64,000 nt of DNA, taken from positions 23,746,001-23,810,000 of the forward strand of contig CM097885.1 in assembly GCA_044892525.1 (NCBI GenBank). Direction: 5' to 3'. This document shows, piece after piece, positions 27,180-42,200 of this stretch. The notes beneath the pieces were generated by a model. It saw only the letters and a list, made by a program, of their open reading frames with translations, did no database searches and had not been told where the DNA came from. The stretch is from Schmidtea polychroa. Taxonomy: Eukaryota. The first letter of the stretch is position 1. The number at the start of each line of letters is the position of its first letter. Made by a program: the position numbers and the translations under genes.

Positions 27180-27700
27180 TAATGATGGATTTTGAACTAA
27201 CTGTTATGAATTCAGCGCGACAGGCGTTCCAAAATATAATTATATATTAGAAACACCATTCACTCATTCATGGCTCCAGCTTTCATCCCAGAAAATGAAA
27301 TATTATCTACGTTTAAAATTATAACATCAACTACTTCTTCTTTATTGGATAAATTTATCAATTACTACGGAAGAAATTATATCGGAGTTTATAAAAACTA
27401 TGATCATGAATAGATTGATACGATTCTCAGGTTTGATATTAGTAGATGGAATTGTTATAATTCAGTAATCAATAATTCAAGAAAAAATAACGTTGTCGAA
27501 GGTTGGCATTCTAAGCTTCAGACATCAATCGTTACAAGGCATGAAACAATATGGAAATTCCTTGAGTTTATTAAAAAAAACGAAAAAGACAATAGCATAT
27601 TAATTACGCGGCTGATTGGTGGTTGCATAAGAATAAGACATCCAATTAAAAAACAATATATTGTTAACAATCGAAGAGTCAACGAAATTGTCAGCAATTA
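27180..27700 (+). pseudogene. MULE transposase relic
   Basis: MDFELTVMNS and WNCY..RKNNVVEGWHSKL..IWKFLEFIK. TATACGAATT subterminal repeats lie at ~27950-28075. Confidence 0.75.
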
Positions 27701-28149
27701 TAACGAATTCAAGGAGAGAAATGAAATCAACAAGTATTTAATAAATATAAGAATGCTGTTTAAAACAACTTCACTTATATTCCTGAAACGCCTACCAATA
27801 ATCAACAAGCCATCGATGATTAAAGATCCTTTCGTTTTACTTTTTATATGATTTATGTTACATCTATTATAAAGTATTTGTACTTGTCATTTTGCAATTT
27901 CATATTATCCAAAAACAATCCTATACAAATTTATACAAACTTTATTTTGAAGAATTTTATTTTACACCAAAGGTGCTATATACAAAATTTATTTTATACG
28001 AATTTTATACGAATTTGTTGTAATGTAAATATTTTTTAGACGAGTTTTACTTTATACGAATTGTCTGTGAATCTTTTAAAGCTTCTGTTTAAATTTAAAA
28101 AATTTTTACCTGTAGAGTTTTGGTAAAAAGTGATACTCTACAGATGTTT

Positions 28150-31100
28150 CGCGTTTCTTATATACTATTTTTCGTCCAATCAGGACACAGTTAGCTTGTA
28201 ATTTTGTTATTTATTATTATTTTTATTATAATATAATGAATTTTTGTGACCTTATTTTATTTTTATTATTATTCTATTATTTTCTTAATGTTTATTGTTT
28301 TTCTCCTATTTTCCTATAGATCTATCGTTGTTTTGTTGCGATATAATTTTTTGTTTTAATTAGCTTACAAATTTATTTGGAATCGTTTTTATTTTTATTT
28401 TGTTTCTTTAATTCCTTAATTATTTACCTTAAATTTTTGCTATTCTATTTCCCCTTTATTTGTTATGCGCATTAGGTAGTTTTTTGTCTTATTTTTTAAT
28501 CTTAAGGGTTTTATTGTTTTTATTAATTATTCCTATTTCTTTTATTGGTATTTTGTTTGATTCTTAATATATTATTGAAGTTTTCGGAAGAATTTATTTT
28601 TATCCTATTCTATTATTCCGTGGAATTCCTTTCTACCTTTGACTCATTTCTCGACATCCTCAAGACTTGGCCCAACACATCTTTGATCGGGTATTCTCGT
28701 ATCCTTTTCCGTATTTCTGATTCGGAATACATCTGGTGTAGTGCTTCCGATTGAGCCTTAATTGTCAACCTCTGACAACGGCTTTCTTTGAGGAGACTGT
28801 CCCTGCAATGCTCCAGTCGTAGTATCTTCGTCTTTTCCTTCATCTGTGGCGGGGAGAACCACGTGCATTCGAGCGTCGCAATACGCTTCTTCAGAACCCC
28901 TATATATTTATGCAATTTTCTGATATCTGTATTCTTGTCTGCGCAAGAAAAGCATGGTTGCAGACCCTTTGGCGTAAAACTTGGCTCACGCATATCTAAA
29001 TAAGTTAAGATGGCTTATCGGCATATACAAAAATTCGTCATAAGGTGTTATTAGACACTTTGATAATAATTCCCCACTTCCTACCCTGTAGACAACATTG
29101 ATGTATTTTTACTCCCGTACAATTTAAATCGAATTTCATCGCGGGAATTTAATCATTGAGGGCAAGACTTGATCAATTTATTTCGCTTAAAGAATTATTA
29201 ATACTCAATTTTTACCGAAAATTTTACATCTTATAAATTGTAGTCCATATAATACGCGTTGAACGTGTTATTATTAACTATAAAATTTTACCCTCGCTAT
29301 TAATCGTTAAAACGAAATATGTATTTATAAACGGGAAAAATTTATACGTAAAATACTATTATTATTATATTAATTAAATCGTTGTATATTGATCATTTGG
29401 TTATCTTATTCATGATCTGTTATGCCGGAAATCATCTCATGCCTTGTATTTCATGCCCTAAATAATTGTTTAAATTATTGAACAGTATTTACCCAGAACT
29501 AGCCTTGTCTGGTTCGGATCTGTTTATGTTAACTGGGTGATTATGGAAATAGCTAATGTGATTCTCAGGTTCATTTAGTTGAAACGACGATATAAACAGA
29601 ATTTATAAAATTTATCTAAATCAACGTCCAAGATCTATCTGACTAGTTTACGTTAGTGATTCGTTCGTTGTGATGGGATCTAGAAAAGCAGTTTTAGAAT
29701 AGTATGTTCTGTAAATATTTAAATCACGATTGACCGGATGTACAGAATGTTTACACTAACTTTTCGACGTTTTGATGAACGAGTTCGAAAGTTTACCAGA
29801 GCGGAAATCGCGAAATGAATATTATACCGATGTTCACTCAATGTCTGAATCTATATGCCGAAAATTGGATTTACAAAGGCATGCGAGTAAGTATTTCTCT
29901 CGTTGCTGGAGTTGCAACCGACGATTAACTGGATGTTCGAAATAAATGCAAGAATTCAGGCGAAGTCTTATGATAGAAGATCTAAAGGTGCAAATTCTCT
30001 GTTAATGTTTGGATCAGATGTTTCTCAGTATATTATTACGACTAACATTTTTGAGAACTAAATTTTTCTCTAAAGATCATGTATTCCTCTGGCTGTGAAA
30101 ACGGTCGAAATTTGCAAGACAACTGGTGATTCTCACAACACTACTATAACGGACATATCCCTTTGGGGTGCTCCTCGATGAAGACACTTATCTCATGGAA
30201 TGACTTTGTTTTTTATACATCTACCTCATTGGCTTCTCCACTTACCATGGCTTACCTGGGGACCACCGGTATTACTACCGACCGTCTACACACCACCACG
30301 ATAGACGGATCTACCATACCCATGACAATAATTAAAATGATAATATAAAAATGTACATGAATAAAATTTATAAATGAAATCATTGGTTTTTACTAAAAAT
30401 TATAAATATATCTAATCTACCTGGCGACCATGTCCTTTGGCTCTGAGTATGAGGTGTCGTATCCGATCTTAAAATTCACTCTTCAAAGGTATTCCATATA
30501 CAACTGACTCGATCGTATTCGATCATAGTTTTCCTACATTTCATTTCATGCTAACATTATACTCTTGGCCTGAAAACAAATCGCATATTCTCAGAAAATT
30601 TCAACCTCGTTGATGCGTTGTTCTCGCACTTTCGGTTCATGACCATCATACTCAGAGTTCCCAAACGGCATCGTCCCCAGTTTCGTGAAGAGAAAAGTCT
30701 TAAGTTGTTTTTGAATATAATATTTTATCTAATGAAAATTCATAATACTATAATAATCAATTATTAATACCAATTCATAAAAAATATCAATCATTTACTT
30801 GTTCCTTCAAATGGTTTTTCCAAGCGGATATACTGAATTTGATGTGGAAATCAGTCGGTTGATATTCGTCAATGTTTTTAAACGGTTATCGTTCAAATAG
30901 TTCTTCGTGAAGTCGATGTCTAATAGTCCCGTAATAAGTTTGTATAGTCCTTGATAGTCACTAGTAAATATGTTGAAATTTGATTCCGAGTTCTGTAAAA
31001 TTCTTGATAGTCGCTGATAAATAAGTTTTATGGAGTTAGTCTGTAATGGATTTTAAAGAAGTTAAGCAAATGACTTAGTGTTCACCTTATATAGTATATT

Positions 31101-31560
31101 TTGTCCAATCAGGACTGAGTTATGTTGTATTTTGATTATTTTTCCTTATTTCTTATATTTTAAATGTTTTTTCTTGATTATTTTTATTTTATTTTGTTAA
31201 TTTATTTAATTCGTATATTTCTTGTGTATTTTTCGTTAATAATTCTGCGTAATTGTCTGTTTCTAATTTTCTTTCGTTTTTAGTTAATATTTTATGCCAT
31301 TATTTTATGTTTTTCGTATTTAGATTTTATTCCCTTAATTCTTATTTTTATTTAACCATTTTTATCTTTTTTGTCTGTTGGCCCTGGTTGATATCTTGTT
31401 TCTTTATACTATTTCCGTTTCTTGCGATTTTTATTTTTTAACTGTTTCTATTTTTTTATTCTATTATTTGTTTAAATTTTATTAATTCCTTCGACTCTCT
31501 ATTATAGAGTTTGTTTTTACTTAGTTTATTTAATATTGAGTTTTTACTTATTCATATTTA
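28150..31560 (-). mobile_element. Inverted, truncated copy of the ~4-kb element (promoter/A-tract, region C, region B, family A, second A-tract/promoter)
   Basis: Family A at 28613-28993. Region B (29400-30350) is homologous to 3400-4300, e.g. CTTACCATG..ACCAC.GGTATT.CTACCGACCGTCT. CTTATATA..CCAATC motifs at ~28157 and ~31086. Ends not identified. Confidence 0.55.
28613..28993 (-). pseudogene. Family A ORF, 3' truncated
   Basis: MREPSFTPKGLQPCFSCADKN..TWFSPPQMKEK..LEHCRDSLL..YPIKD. Confidence 0.8.
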
Positions 31561-31689
31561 TTTTTGACTTGGTAATTATCGATGGGGCGCGGGACGTCCG
31601 GAATTATTAATTTTCTTTTACACTAATTGCAAATAAATAACTAGAGTAATTGTTCTAAACATTAAGAATCCACCGATGTTATGCGATTT

Positions 31690-32117
31690 CCCTTTATTTT
31701 AGGGCTTAAATTAATGGAGAATATGCGGCAAGACCGCGAACAAGAACAGCAACCAGTGGAGGATTTTCGGTCCAAACTATTAAAGTTTAAGTGACGGTCC
31801 CGCGAATTGGAGGATACTTGGTTTTGCCCGCGGAGATGAAAAAGCGCCTGATGCTGATCCAACAGCTACAGCTTCAGAGCGCCCAGGATCAAAATTCGAA
31901 CTACGAACTCTCCACCTGAGCAAATCAAGAAGAGGTGGACAAGGACGCGATCACCAGAATCCGTCCTATGACGGAACTCATCGACAGGCCCAGCGCTTCC
32001 GCACCATCTGCGCCACCCAAGGAAAAGATCCGTCTCGGCAAAGCGGCACGGGCCAGACTACGGCAATCAAAACCAGCCCACATGCCGGTTGCTCGAGAAA
32101 TGTTTGATTACCTGTAA
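31690..32117 (+). pseudogene. Family A' ORF relic
   Basis: PAEMKKRLMLIQQLQLQSAQDQ and IRPMTELI..KIRLGKAARARLRQ match 919-1320. Confidence 0.7.
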
Positions 32118-32848
32118 CCCACCAATTGTTTAACATTTAATTAATGCTGCTACCAAGAAATCATTACTTTATAATATTATAATAATCGAATAATCATAAT
32201 AGAATAATAATGAAAGGATAATAATAATAAAATAACAATATTAGCAAATTAATAATAATAATATAATGTTATTAAAATGGTAATAATAGAATGATAATAA
32301 TAATAGAATGATAATAATAATATCATTATAATAATCCAAATTACAGATGTTTTGACGGAAAGCACTATTTATAATCTCACATTTTCAAATTTTCTGAATC
32401 TCATTTAGGAGAAAGTTTTAATATAAGAATAGAAAGGTAAATCACAACAACTTAAAGATTGAGTAATTCATAAAACAAGGAAGAGACTAGAGAAAACGAG
32501 GCACGATACCTTTTACGGTAGCCCATGAACCAAGCGACTCGTCAGGTCATCAGCAGTTCTCGTTGTAGAGCTCACTTTTAGCCGACAGTCACCCACTAAA
32601 TCGCAGTACCAACGTCGCTCTGTGGTCAACTACAATAATTATGCGTGGTTACAGACGGGAATACGAAGAAAGCGATGCTTATATCAGTTTCCAGGAGTGA
32701 AAGAATTTTCCCACCAGTAACCCACCATTACTTAACAATTTCAAATCCATACATGATCTTATTTATTTATTAACAGAATTTAAATATTTCTTGTTGGAAT
32801 TTTATTATGTAGTTTTAATAAAATGGATAAGATAAATATATAATTTTC

Positions 32849-33042
32849 TGTTATGTGTAAAGTTATGTAAATTATCGAGTGAAAAATGTTCTATATTATG
32901 TAAAATATGGATTTCAGTCGGAAAGGGATTAATATAATGCCTTATTCATTAACCTCTTAAGTGGTTTTGTCGTATATATTCGTCTGGTTTATTTCAATGT
33001 TTCACTTCCCGTTAACCACCACATTGGTGTCAGAAGTGGGAT
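32849..33042 (+). mobile_element. Short Ty3/Gypsy-type LTR stub with tRNA-Leu primer-binding site
   Basis: TGTTATG...ACCACA (32849-33023) followed by TGGTGTCAGAAGTGGGAT (33025-33042), complementary to the 3' end of eukaryotic tRNA-Leu. LTR start is approximate. Confidence 0.7.
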
Positions 33043-35919
33043 GTGATAATAATAACATGGCATCGAATTTGCTTTACTCGGAGTCACTTCGTACAATGCA
33101 TCAAACCGCATAAGGAGCTAAAATAATTCTTACTTCGTGATTAATATTTTAGTTTTTGACTCCTACTGAACTGCAATGAATAACCCTTATGTTTAACTTA
33201 ACATTAAAGTATTGCTAAATGAAGAGTAGTGATATCTCTGAAAATATCGTGTCCATTTTAGAATAAAACCATAGAAAACAAACAATTGAAAAATTATAAG
33301 AAAATGCAAAATTTTGCTAACAATCAAACTTGACGCAAGAATGATCGAGAATATTCTAAAGGTTCATATTTTTATCGTTAAAAAACGTTTTAAAAACTAA
33401 TATTATATTTTATGTCAATTAATTTACGTTTATTTTAATTGTTATCTTTGTAAAATAATCACATACAAATACTCCAGCTGTCCCGAAATAACATTTTTAA
33501 ATGAGACTGCTGGGCTCTAACATACCTTCTTATAGCACGCATACATAAACATCAAACATACAAAATATATATTACATATATACAACAACGCTATCAATAA
33601 TAATAACAAGGGACCATAATAGTTATATATCAGAAGATAAGAAATTTACAATGACAAATATTTGAAAATTCAGTAAAAATTGCATTTGAATTCTGATTCA
33701 ACCTAATATGCAAAAGATTGGCATTGATAATATAAATAAGGCATCATAGAACATTTGGAGAAAATGGGGGAAATATGCACCATAATAAAATTTAAGCATG
33801 TGTTTGAATACTGTTGTCTATAAATCTCACGAATAATCTATTGCTAATTTATTTACATAATTGTAAAATTCGAACAATATTTTTGGCGACAAAGTGCAAG
33901 AACTTTAAAAACTTCCTATCGTTATTCGTTTTGAAGGCAAAAAACCTCAACAAGAACACAGACCTCGTGAGAAGTTGAGCCATGTCCGTGTCTTTCCTTA
34001 CTTGCATACTCTATCAGAAAAAATTATTTTTATAAAATGAAAATATGAGCGTATATTTAGCAAATAGAATTGTCATGAGATTTTTGTTGCGCTAATGAAA
34101 ATTTGTCCGCGTTCCATAGGTTCACCATCACTGCTCTATATGAAAATATCACAATATATAAACAGCTAATCGCTTTTCGATGCCGTTGCATATTTAGAAA
34201 AACAATTTTTTTAGTCTATTTGTATCTACGAAATCTGCAAAATATAATGGGCTACGTGAGAGCAGGAACATTTAAATCTAAGAAAAGAACAAAAATTAAA
34301 TCACGTTCAAATAATGTTTGATTAAGTAAAATATCACATGCCAATCTTTTACCAACCACTATTTTTGTTATGAAAATAGTATCGTTCGTACACAACATGC
34401 AATAATACAAAATTTTTGAGATGATCCTAAATCACCTGAGAAAATATTATCACCGATGTACACAGGTCCATGAAAAATGCCTCTTAATACAAAATTCACA
34501 AAGGTGTAACATGTTTTTCAACTTGGTTTAAATAAATTCTCTCCTGTCATTCCTAGTTCTGATTATAAACGCTTTAAAATCTTTCCTACGCCTGATTCCA
34601 AAACAATTCAACAATAATTTCAATTAAATATTACAATAAATAAATTCAATATGTATTGAAAGTAATGGCCAAGTTGTTTGAATATTTACTTTCAATTGGC
34701 AGTTTTTTATTCAATTTAATAAATAATTAACTTGTTAAATTGTTGTTTTTATTATTTAATTTAAGATTGTCTTTATTATTTTAAAACCTAAGATGATATT
34801 ACGAACAATAAGGATAAATTCACCAAATTATTAATTTTAAACATGTGGAATTTACTGTTGAAACTGTAAAAGAATACACCAGAGTTCATATATTTAGTTA
34901 ATGTGATAGTCACATTAGAAATTTTTCTTCGATATTTCGACAAAAATAAACTGCGATAAAGATGAAAAGCATAAACGTGACATTGAAATCTACTAAAAGA
35001 TCCCAAAATTATTGAAGGTAAAAAATCAAAATTTCATTAATTGCTGCGATTTACAGAGATAAAGTTCAGAAAATGAATGAATACATTGTCTATTTTAGAA
35101 GAATAATTAGAATGCGCTGTATAAACTGAATAAATTATCGTCAATCATTAAAGTTTTTATTAATAATTATAAAACGACAAATAAGAATGAAAATTGTCAG
35201 TTAAATTGTGAAAAAAAACTTTCAAAATTATAGATTTCGATGAGAGCTGAAATACTGGAGCATCATAATTTAGCTAAAAATAACGCAGGAATATCTTTAT
35301 GTCTAATTTAGAACAGTCAACATTTTTAGTTGTTTTCCATTTATTGTGCCCAATTATTGGACGAATAATAAAATAATGCATAAAAATTATCTATCATTTC
35401 TTAACATAAATATACATTACTATACAAAATTTAATCTTTAGGAACTAAAAATTCTAGCTACAACATCATAAATGTAACTATAAGTAGATTGTAAATTAAA
35501 TATTTGTTTGAAAAACTTCCATATCGCAAGCAAAATTATAATTTTTATACGTGTCTCTAAATTTTGAAATTCTACTTGTAGATTAATAAGAATATTAAAA
35601 TTATAATATCATTCAATTGATTAAATGCACTGATTTAATAGATTTAAACTAATAAAAATGACTTACTTTAGCAATAAGCATCAAAATTTAGTGAAATGAA
35701 TTTTATTTAAATTTCTATAAAAATTATATATAATAAATCTACAAAATATATAAAATGGTAAACAAACCAAATTAATTTTATCTTTGTAATTAAAACAAAT
35801 TATAGAATATATGAAATAGCCATCTTAATTAGAATTACTTCTTTTTTGTTTTATATTTTGTTTATCCTTTCAACAACTTGCTTAAATTATTATAATAAAA
35901 AATCATTCTTATAATAAAT

Positions 35920-36107
35920 TGTAAGATGTGATACCAGTTATCAAGATAATTTTAATTTAATCTTCTCTTAATTTTAATTTAGTTCTGTGCTGTTACTGTG
36001 TCACCATGATCTCAGTTTGAGTTATTTGGCTGAATAAGAACACGAGGAATCAGAGAGCGAACCGACTTTCAAATAAAAACCCAACATTTCGGTGAGCCCG
36101 GCGTGAT
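35920..36107 (+). mobile_element. Possible LTR stub with tRNA-Trp-like PBS
   Basis: AATAAA..CCCAACA then CGGTGAGCCCGGCGTGAT (36090-36107), 15/18 identical to the TGGTGACCCCGACGTGAT Trp PBS. Confidence 0.45.
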
Positions 36108-38037
36108 AAAAGTCGGCGGTTAATATTGTGGGGAAAAAGTATATCAAGAATACGATTTAAGATGAACGAAAGTTCGAGAATGTATAGTTAAACGTACTAC
36201 GTTTGTATTTTACTGTGGAAAGTGAAGCCACACTTCATTGATAAAGATGTATACAATCCCAAGACCTGTGGAAGTTATGCCAGAAAATTGTTTAGCAGCA
36301 TTTCAAACAGAAAAGTTGAAAATTAGCCCTGAAATTAAATTAAATGCAAAAATAAATCTTAGAACGAGAGAAACGGTAGCTATAAAAGGAATAATGAAAC
36401 AAAACGGAGATTATGAAAGGGAACTGTACAAAGTCAGTGGTAAAATTATTCAAAGTGCTGTGGTGATTGAGGAATATTTAACGGGATTGAGGTATATTTA
36501 ACGGGATTGAGGAATATTTAACGGAATTGAGAGAATTTGAAGGAGCTTTCCATGGTGATGCGGGGAAGTTACAGACCCATTCATTTTGTAATATGAAGCA
36601 AAATTGTTGTCAAATGGGAGAATCAATTCTTGTTTATGAGGTAAAAACCAATGTGTGTAACTTAGCGCATTCCAAAACTATGAATTTCAAAGAAATTAGT
36701 GGAGAGAAATTTAGAGAAAGAACAAATAGTATTAATATGAATTATGGAACAATTATAGTTCATGCTAATCGTTGAAAAAAGTGACAGCAATGGAGAATAA
36801 TAGATACCCCTTAAGATCGAAAAAGAATGACACTAAAGAAGGAAAAGTTCTCAAGATAAAAATTATTAAAAATCCCGAGCCATTGGGATACACCACCAAA
36901 GTTTTATTGATAACATTAATTATGCTAATAAATGTTTTGGAAACAAATGATTTTAATTAGAAATTATATCGGTTGAATATCGGTAATTAATTTTTCAATG
37001 GGATCTATTTGGTTAAATTGTATAGTAATATTTTTTTTAAATTTCGACTTTTAGAAAAGAATTTTTAATTATTCTTAATTATTTTTAATTTTAACTGGTT
37101 TTATCATTAGATTTTATAAATTGTTTAGAGTTATTGATCAAATTAATTTTTGATGATTTTAGTGAAATATTTGTAATAATAAGAATTAAGGGTAGAAATA
37201 TAGTCATTTAAAGAAATTTTAAGGAATCTTATTAGTATGAGGGAAATATATAACCTATTATGGCTATTTATCGATGAAAAAATTAATCTTTAAAGACAGA
37301 TATATTTCTGGGAAATTTGATGCTTTTTAGATGATTTTATTAGAGAATTTACTTGGATATAACAAATGGTAGAATATTGTCATTTTAAAGAATTTACTGG
37401 TTTATTAGATGTTATAAGTCTCTTTTGGAATTTAATGATAATTATTTTTAGTGTAAATTGACGACTTTGATAATTGTAATGAATTTATACTGAATTTTTT
37501 GAATATTTTGAGCAATCAGTCATTCACTTTAAGTATGCATGTATTACTTTTTAAAAAATAATTAAAATTTATATATTTCAATTAATTTATTCAATTAATT
37601 TATTCAATTTAAACCATTTATTTACTAGATCTTATTACAAAATTCTTATTAATTAATTATCTTAGTTGATTCATATTAACTTGAATGATCAGTATTTATG
37701 TATTTACTGGATTATTAAGGACTAGAATTTAAAGTTCTTTCTTGTCCATTAATTACATTTTTATGATATTTATTTAGTATGTTTTGAATAATTTAAATTT
37801 TTACAATTATTAATCAATTTTACATAGTTATTGGTGCCTTGAGTTCAATTAATTTTTCATCCAATTTTTTTTCAAGTGAAGAAGATTTTTTTTAAAAGAT
37901 TTATTTGTTAGTACATAGTTGCTGGTATTTGTTAGTAAGAACTTGGTTGTTAGTACTTAGTACTTGGTATCTTGTTCTTTGTACTTGGTATTTGGTTGTT
38001 TGCTTGTTGTTGTTAGCTAGTGAAGAAACATTGTTGG

Positions 38038-39276
38038 TATCCCAATTTTTCATTTCATTTAAACCATATTTAAGAATATGATGTAAATCATATCCACGTA
38101 TATTATGAAAAATTACAGGCATGATAAACCTAATTTGTCTTGAAATATTACATTTGGAACAAGAAGCCCCCAAATATTTACCCGTGTAATGATCATGATC
38201 TTTAACTGGGTTTCCTAATAGTTTATTGCACAAGTAACAAATGGTTGAAGAACGAAAGGATTTTTTCTGGTCAGAAGAAAGAAATTCCATTTTCTTTTTG
38301 GAATTATTTAAGAAGTAAGGTAAAACTATTTTTTCACCATTGTCATTTATTTCAGTCAAAAACTGTTCAATACAGTTTAAACCATAAAAACTCTTATATA
38401 TATTTTCGCCAGTAAAATTATTAATTAATAATATTCCGGCTGAAATCGGCAAGTGGAGTTAAAATATTTATCGTCCTTAGGTAAAACAGCCTGAAAATCA
38501 GCATATACAACAAACGGAGGAGTCACAATCTTAGACCAATCTTTAAATATCAAGTTCTTATCGGAAGGAAAACTATACAAAGTTGTACCTAGTTGGTTTT
38601 TCTTACATAATGCCTGATGTTTCTTAAAAGCTTCAGCCATTCGGAATTCATTCAAGCATCGTTCACATCAAATACTCTGAATTCTAACATTTGAAACAGT
38701 ATTACAATTCAAGAGCCTGTCAAGATTAATAACTGCTATGTAATGAAAAGAGTCACTTTCATTCCAACAAAATTAAATTAATGGGAATTCCACCTACAAC
38801 TTTAGACTTATGTATGACATCTACAAAAGGATGTTTCAAAACTTCCTTATCATAACATTTATTAAGTCAAATTCATCATACGAAAGAACATTAATCGCAA
38901 TATCCAGGATTTTAGCCTCAAAATTTGGGATATAACACAATTTCATTGGCAAATCAGAAGAATCAAAGACAAGATCTGATGGATTATAACTAGATGCTAT
39001 ATTTCTATCATGTCTACTAACCTCATCATATTTTATAATAGATAAAATACTATAGATGAAACACATCGTCAGTGTTTTTCACATTAACCGAACGATATTT
39101 TAAAGATAATTTTGGAGAAGTATCAATACCTCCGTGACCACTCAACCTACTTATTTGTGAATATTTTGTCAATTTAAAACTAATTTATTTAATTTTATTA
39201 ATTGACCAGTTGCTACCATTTTCACAGACTTGAGTTATTTTATCATTCAAAAGAGCAATACTGTCATCTAAAAAAG
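38038..39276 (-). pseudogene. polB: Middle fragment of an older Polinton polB
   Basis: CFIYSILSIIKY, PPFVVYADF, CYLCNK..DHDHYTG..CSKCN and FHNIRGYDLHHIL are colinear with the intact PolB. Many stops and frameshifts. Confidence 0.9.
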
Positions 39277-42200
39277 TGTTGGGCTAGAAACCGTGGTAAT
39301 CAAAATTTTTGTAAATTTAAACTTTCTGTAAATTAATTAAAGGAAACCCTGTATTAACTTAAAATGAGGTAATCACCCAAATGTAAGGAAAATAAAGAAT
39401 AAAAGAGAGAAAAAATAATAAAATAAAACAAAAATTAAAACAAAAGTCACTAAAATAAAATAAATGATAAACAAGTTGCAAATAGACAAAAATACACAAC
39501 CATCACCAACAAGCAAAGAGAAAATAATTAGAACGAATAAAAATAAATATCAAAAGAACAAAATATTAATAAGAAAATAAATTATAATCAAGATAAACAA
39601 TAAATAAAAACAAAGAAAGAATAAAACACCAAATTACAAACAAAACTACCATCAGGATCCAACAAAAAAAAGAGGAAAATATGGAAATTAAATTATTTAA
39701 TAAATTATCAAAAGAAAAAGATAAATAACCTAGAAAGAGAAATTTAAAATAACAAAAATATGAAAAAACAATACTTCACACTGATTGAACGAAAATTACT
39801 ATATAAGGAAAACACTTGGTTGATTCCCTCAATTCTAACAAAACTCTATACAGATAAAATTATAAATTTTTTTAATGAATTCTAACAAAACTCTATACAG
39901 GGATCTAGTTCAATATCACTCCAATTAACCCAGTATTCAATTTGTATATCATATTACAACATTTTTCTCAGCATCTTATCATCTCTATCGGAAAGGAAAA
40001 ATGTAAATTTTCATTTATTATTAATTTTTTACAAATATTATGTTAATTTAATTGAATTTAAATATTATAATGATCATAAATTGTTCCTTCTTTTCTCCTC
40101 ACGATATGAGGTTCAACGACGATATTGTTCGGGGATTGTGAATGTGAGAAGCCAAATGATTGAGGAGAAGGAAAGCGTTTAGGCATGAGAGGGAGAGGTG
40201 GAAGGATTTTGAGCCAGGTTTCCTGATATTGAATCACATGACTTGAGTCGAGTAGAAATAGATATTGGCTGAATATTAGGGATCGCAGTATCACCAGCGA
40301 AGAAAATTCTCTACAAATATGATGAGGTAGAAATGAATCGTATGAATTGTGACAACTTAAAAATGGAATTACCCGAGAAAATGGAGAGCGTGAGATATGT
40401 TTTAGGCTGAGTAGTAATGATTGACAAATGAAGAATCGATTGTCATTGATGTAGAAAGGACTAAGAGGTATAATTTCCAATTTACGAAGAGTATGGTCGT
40501 TGAATGTCAAGATTGATTAGATTTTATTTTGATTACTCTTGAATGCTAGAGTGGGTTTGATTTTATTTAAACTTTGCGAATTAATTAGATTTATTATAAT
40601 TATTTATTTACCCGTTTGTGAGGATCGTTTGGGGATTGCTGACACTTGTGTCGGTAGTTACCAGATGATATTCACAGATGGCGAGACAAAGGTTATGACT
40701 TCCGTTTAGGAATGACTAAGTTATATGATAAAAAATTGAATATTCATCGAGTGGCAACTTTCCATGGTAGAAATGAACTCCAATTCGTGGGCTGGAACAA
40801 GAATAAACACTTCTAATTTTCGTCACAGTTACGATGAAAATCCGTTCAGTGCGTGAAATCACGATACTATGATCAATCTTAAAGCTTGTAGTCATCGGCA
40901 GTTACACACCTTAACATTAGCTGAGAGAGCTTCGATAGTTTTATCACGAATTATCATCCTAAAGTGTCCGATTTTCTTTCACTTTGATAGATCAAATTTT
41001 CCACGATAGACGGTTAACATCAACCGATACGAGATTCCCACCGTAATAGGATAGACCTTTGATTCGTCGCCTGTATTAAAACATCCGGTCTCTGAGATAA
41101 GAGGATACACGATATTCCACGACATCCATCTTGAGATATATACAATTACTGCTATTATAAACATCCTCATACAGGATGTCGACGATTTGTCATGATCAAT
41201 CTAATACACATGAACGAACATAGTAAGATTACGATGAAATTGACAAATCAACAGTCGGAATCAAGAACACCACTGAATCGGTCGTTTAGATTATTCTTAA
41301 GTTTTTCATGTTAATCTGTTTACTCGTCGGCGAGATTTCGATGCCACTGTGATGCGTGCCCCATCAATGATATAAACATACAATAGCACTATATCGACAA
41401 ATAATTTGGCCTGATTATTTTAATTAAATTCATGAGAAAAACATTTCTTCACTAAGATAAAATCGAGATGAGAACGAATAATTGTGAAAACTTAATATCA
41501 TAAGGAGACGATGATGCCCTATGTAAGGGAAGATATTGCAAAATTCCTAATCTAAAATAAAAAGTTTTTCTTTTCTTTCTCAGTTTTAATAATTTTTTGG
41601 AGTAATTAAAATATTAATCCATGGGGTGGTTAAGAAAATGATTTTCGTCACGAACAAAATTTGTAATTGAACATGAGAGAGTGAGTTGGAGTGGCTGATA
41701 GAGCTTTAAGTTTCATGGGCTATTTCCTAAGTCATGGTACTTTAAACAAGGGCCACTTATTCCAGCGAATAAATTTGTAATGTTAATAATAATGTAAAAG
41801 TGCTAAGTCAAATCTCACTACTGTTGAAACCAAACGAAATAGTTGAGAACCATTAAAACATATTAAAAAGCGGTCACATTCGACAGGAAAATAAATTTCG
41901 AAAAATTAAATGAGTGTTGAAACAAGGAGGATAATACAATGTTTGAGGTGTGATAGGAGTGTGTCAATCTATTTCGTATAGTTAAGATTTTATTTTTAAC
42001 TCATTTTTCCAGTATGTCGGAACCTAACTTGTCAATACGCGGCTCGAAACCCTGTTTTTCGTGCGCCGACAAGAATGCGGACATGCACAAGCTGAAAGAC
42101 CATATAGGGGCTCTGAAGAAGCGTATTGACACGCTGGAGCATACGTGGTTCTCCCCTCCACAAATGAAAGAGGCTAACATGAAAATCTTACGTCTCGAAC

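Noticed and set aside
33025-33042. tRNA gene
   Set aside because: Only an 18-nt complement of a tRNA 3' end (a PBS), with no cloverleaf.
36238-36960. Short ORFs after the Trp-like PBS as gag or env
   Set aside because: No recognisable retroelement motifs; too degenerate to call.
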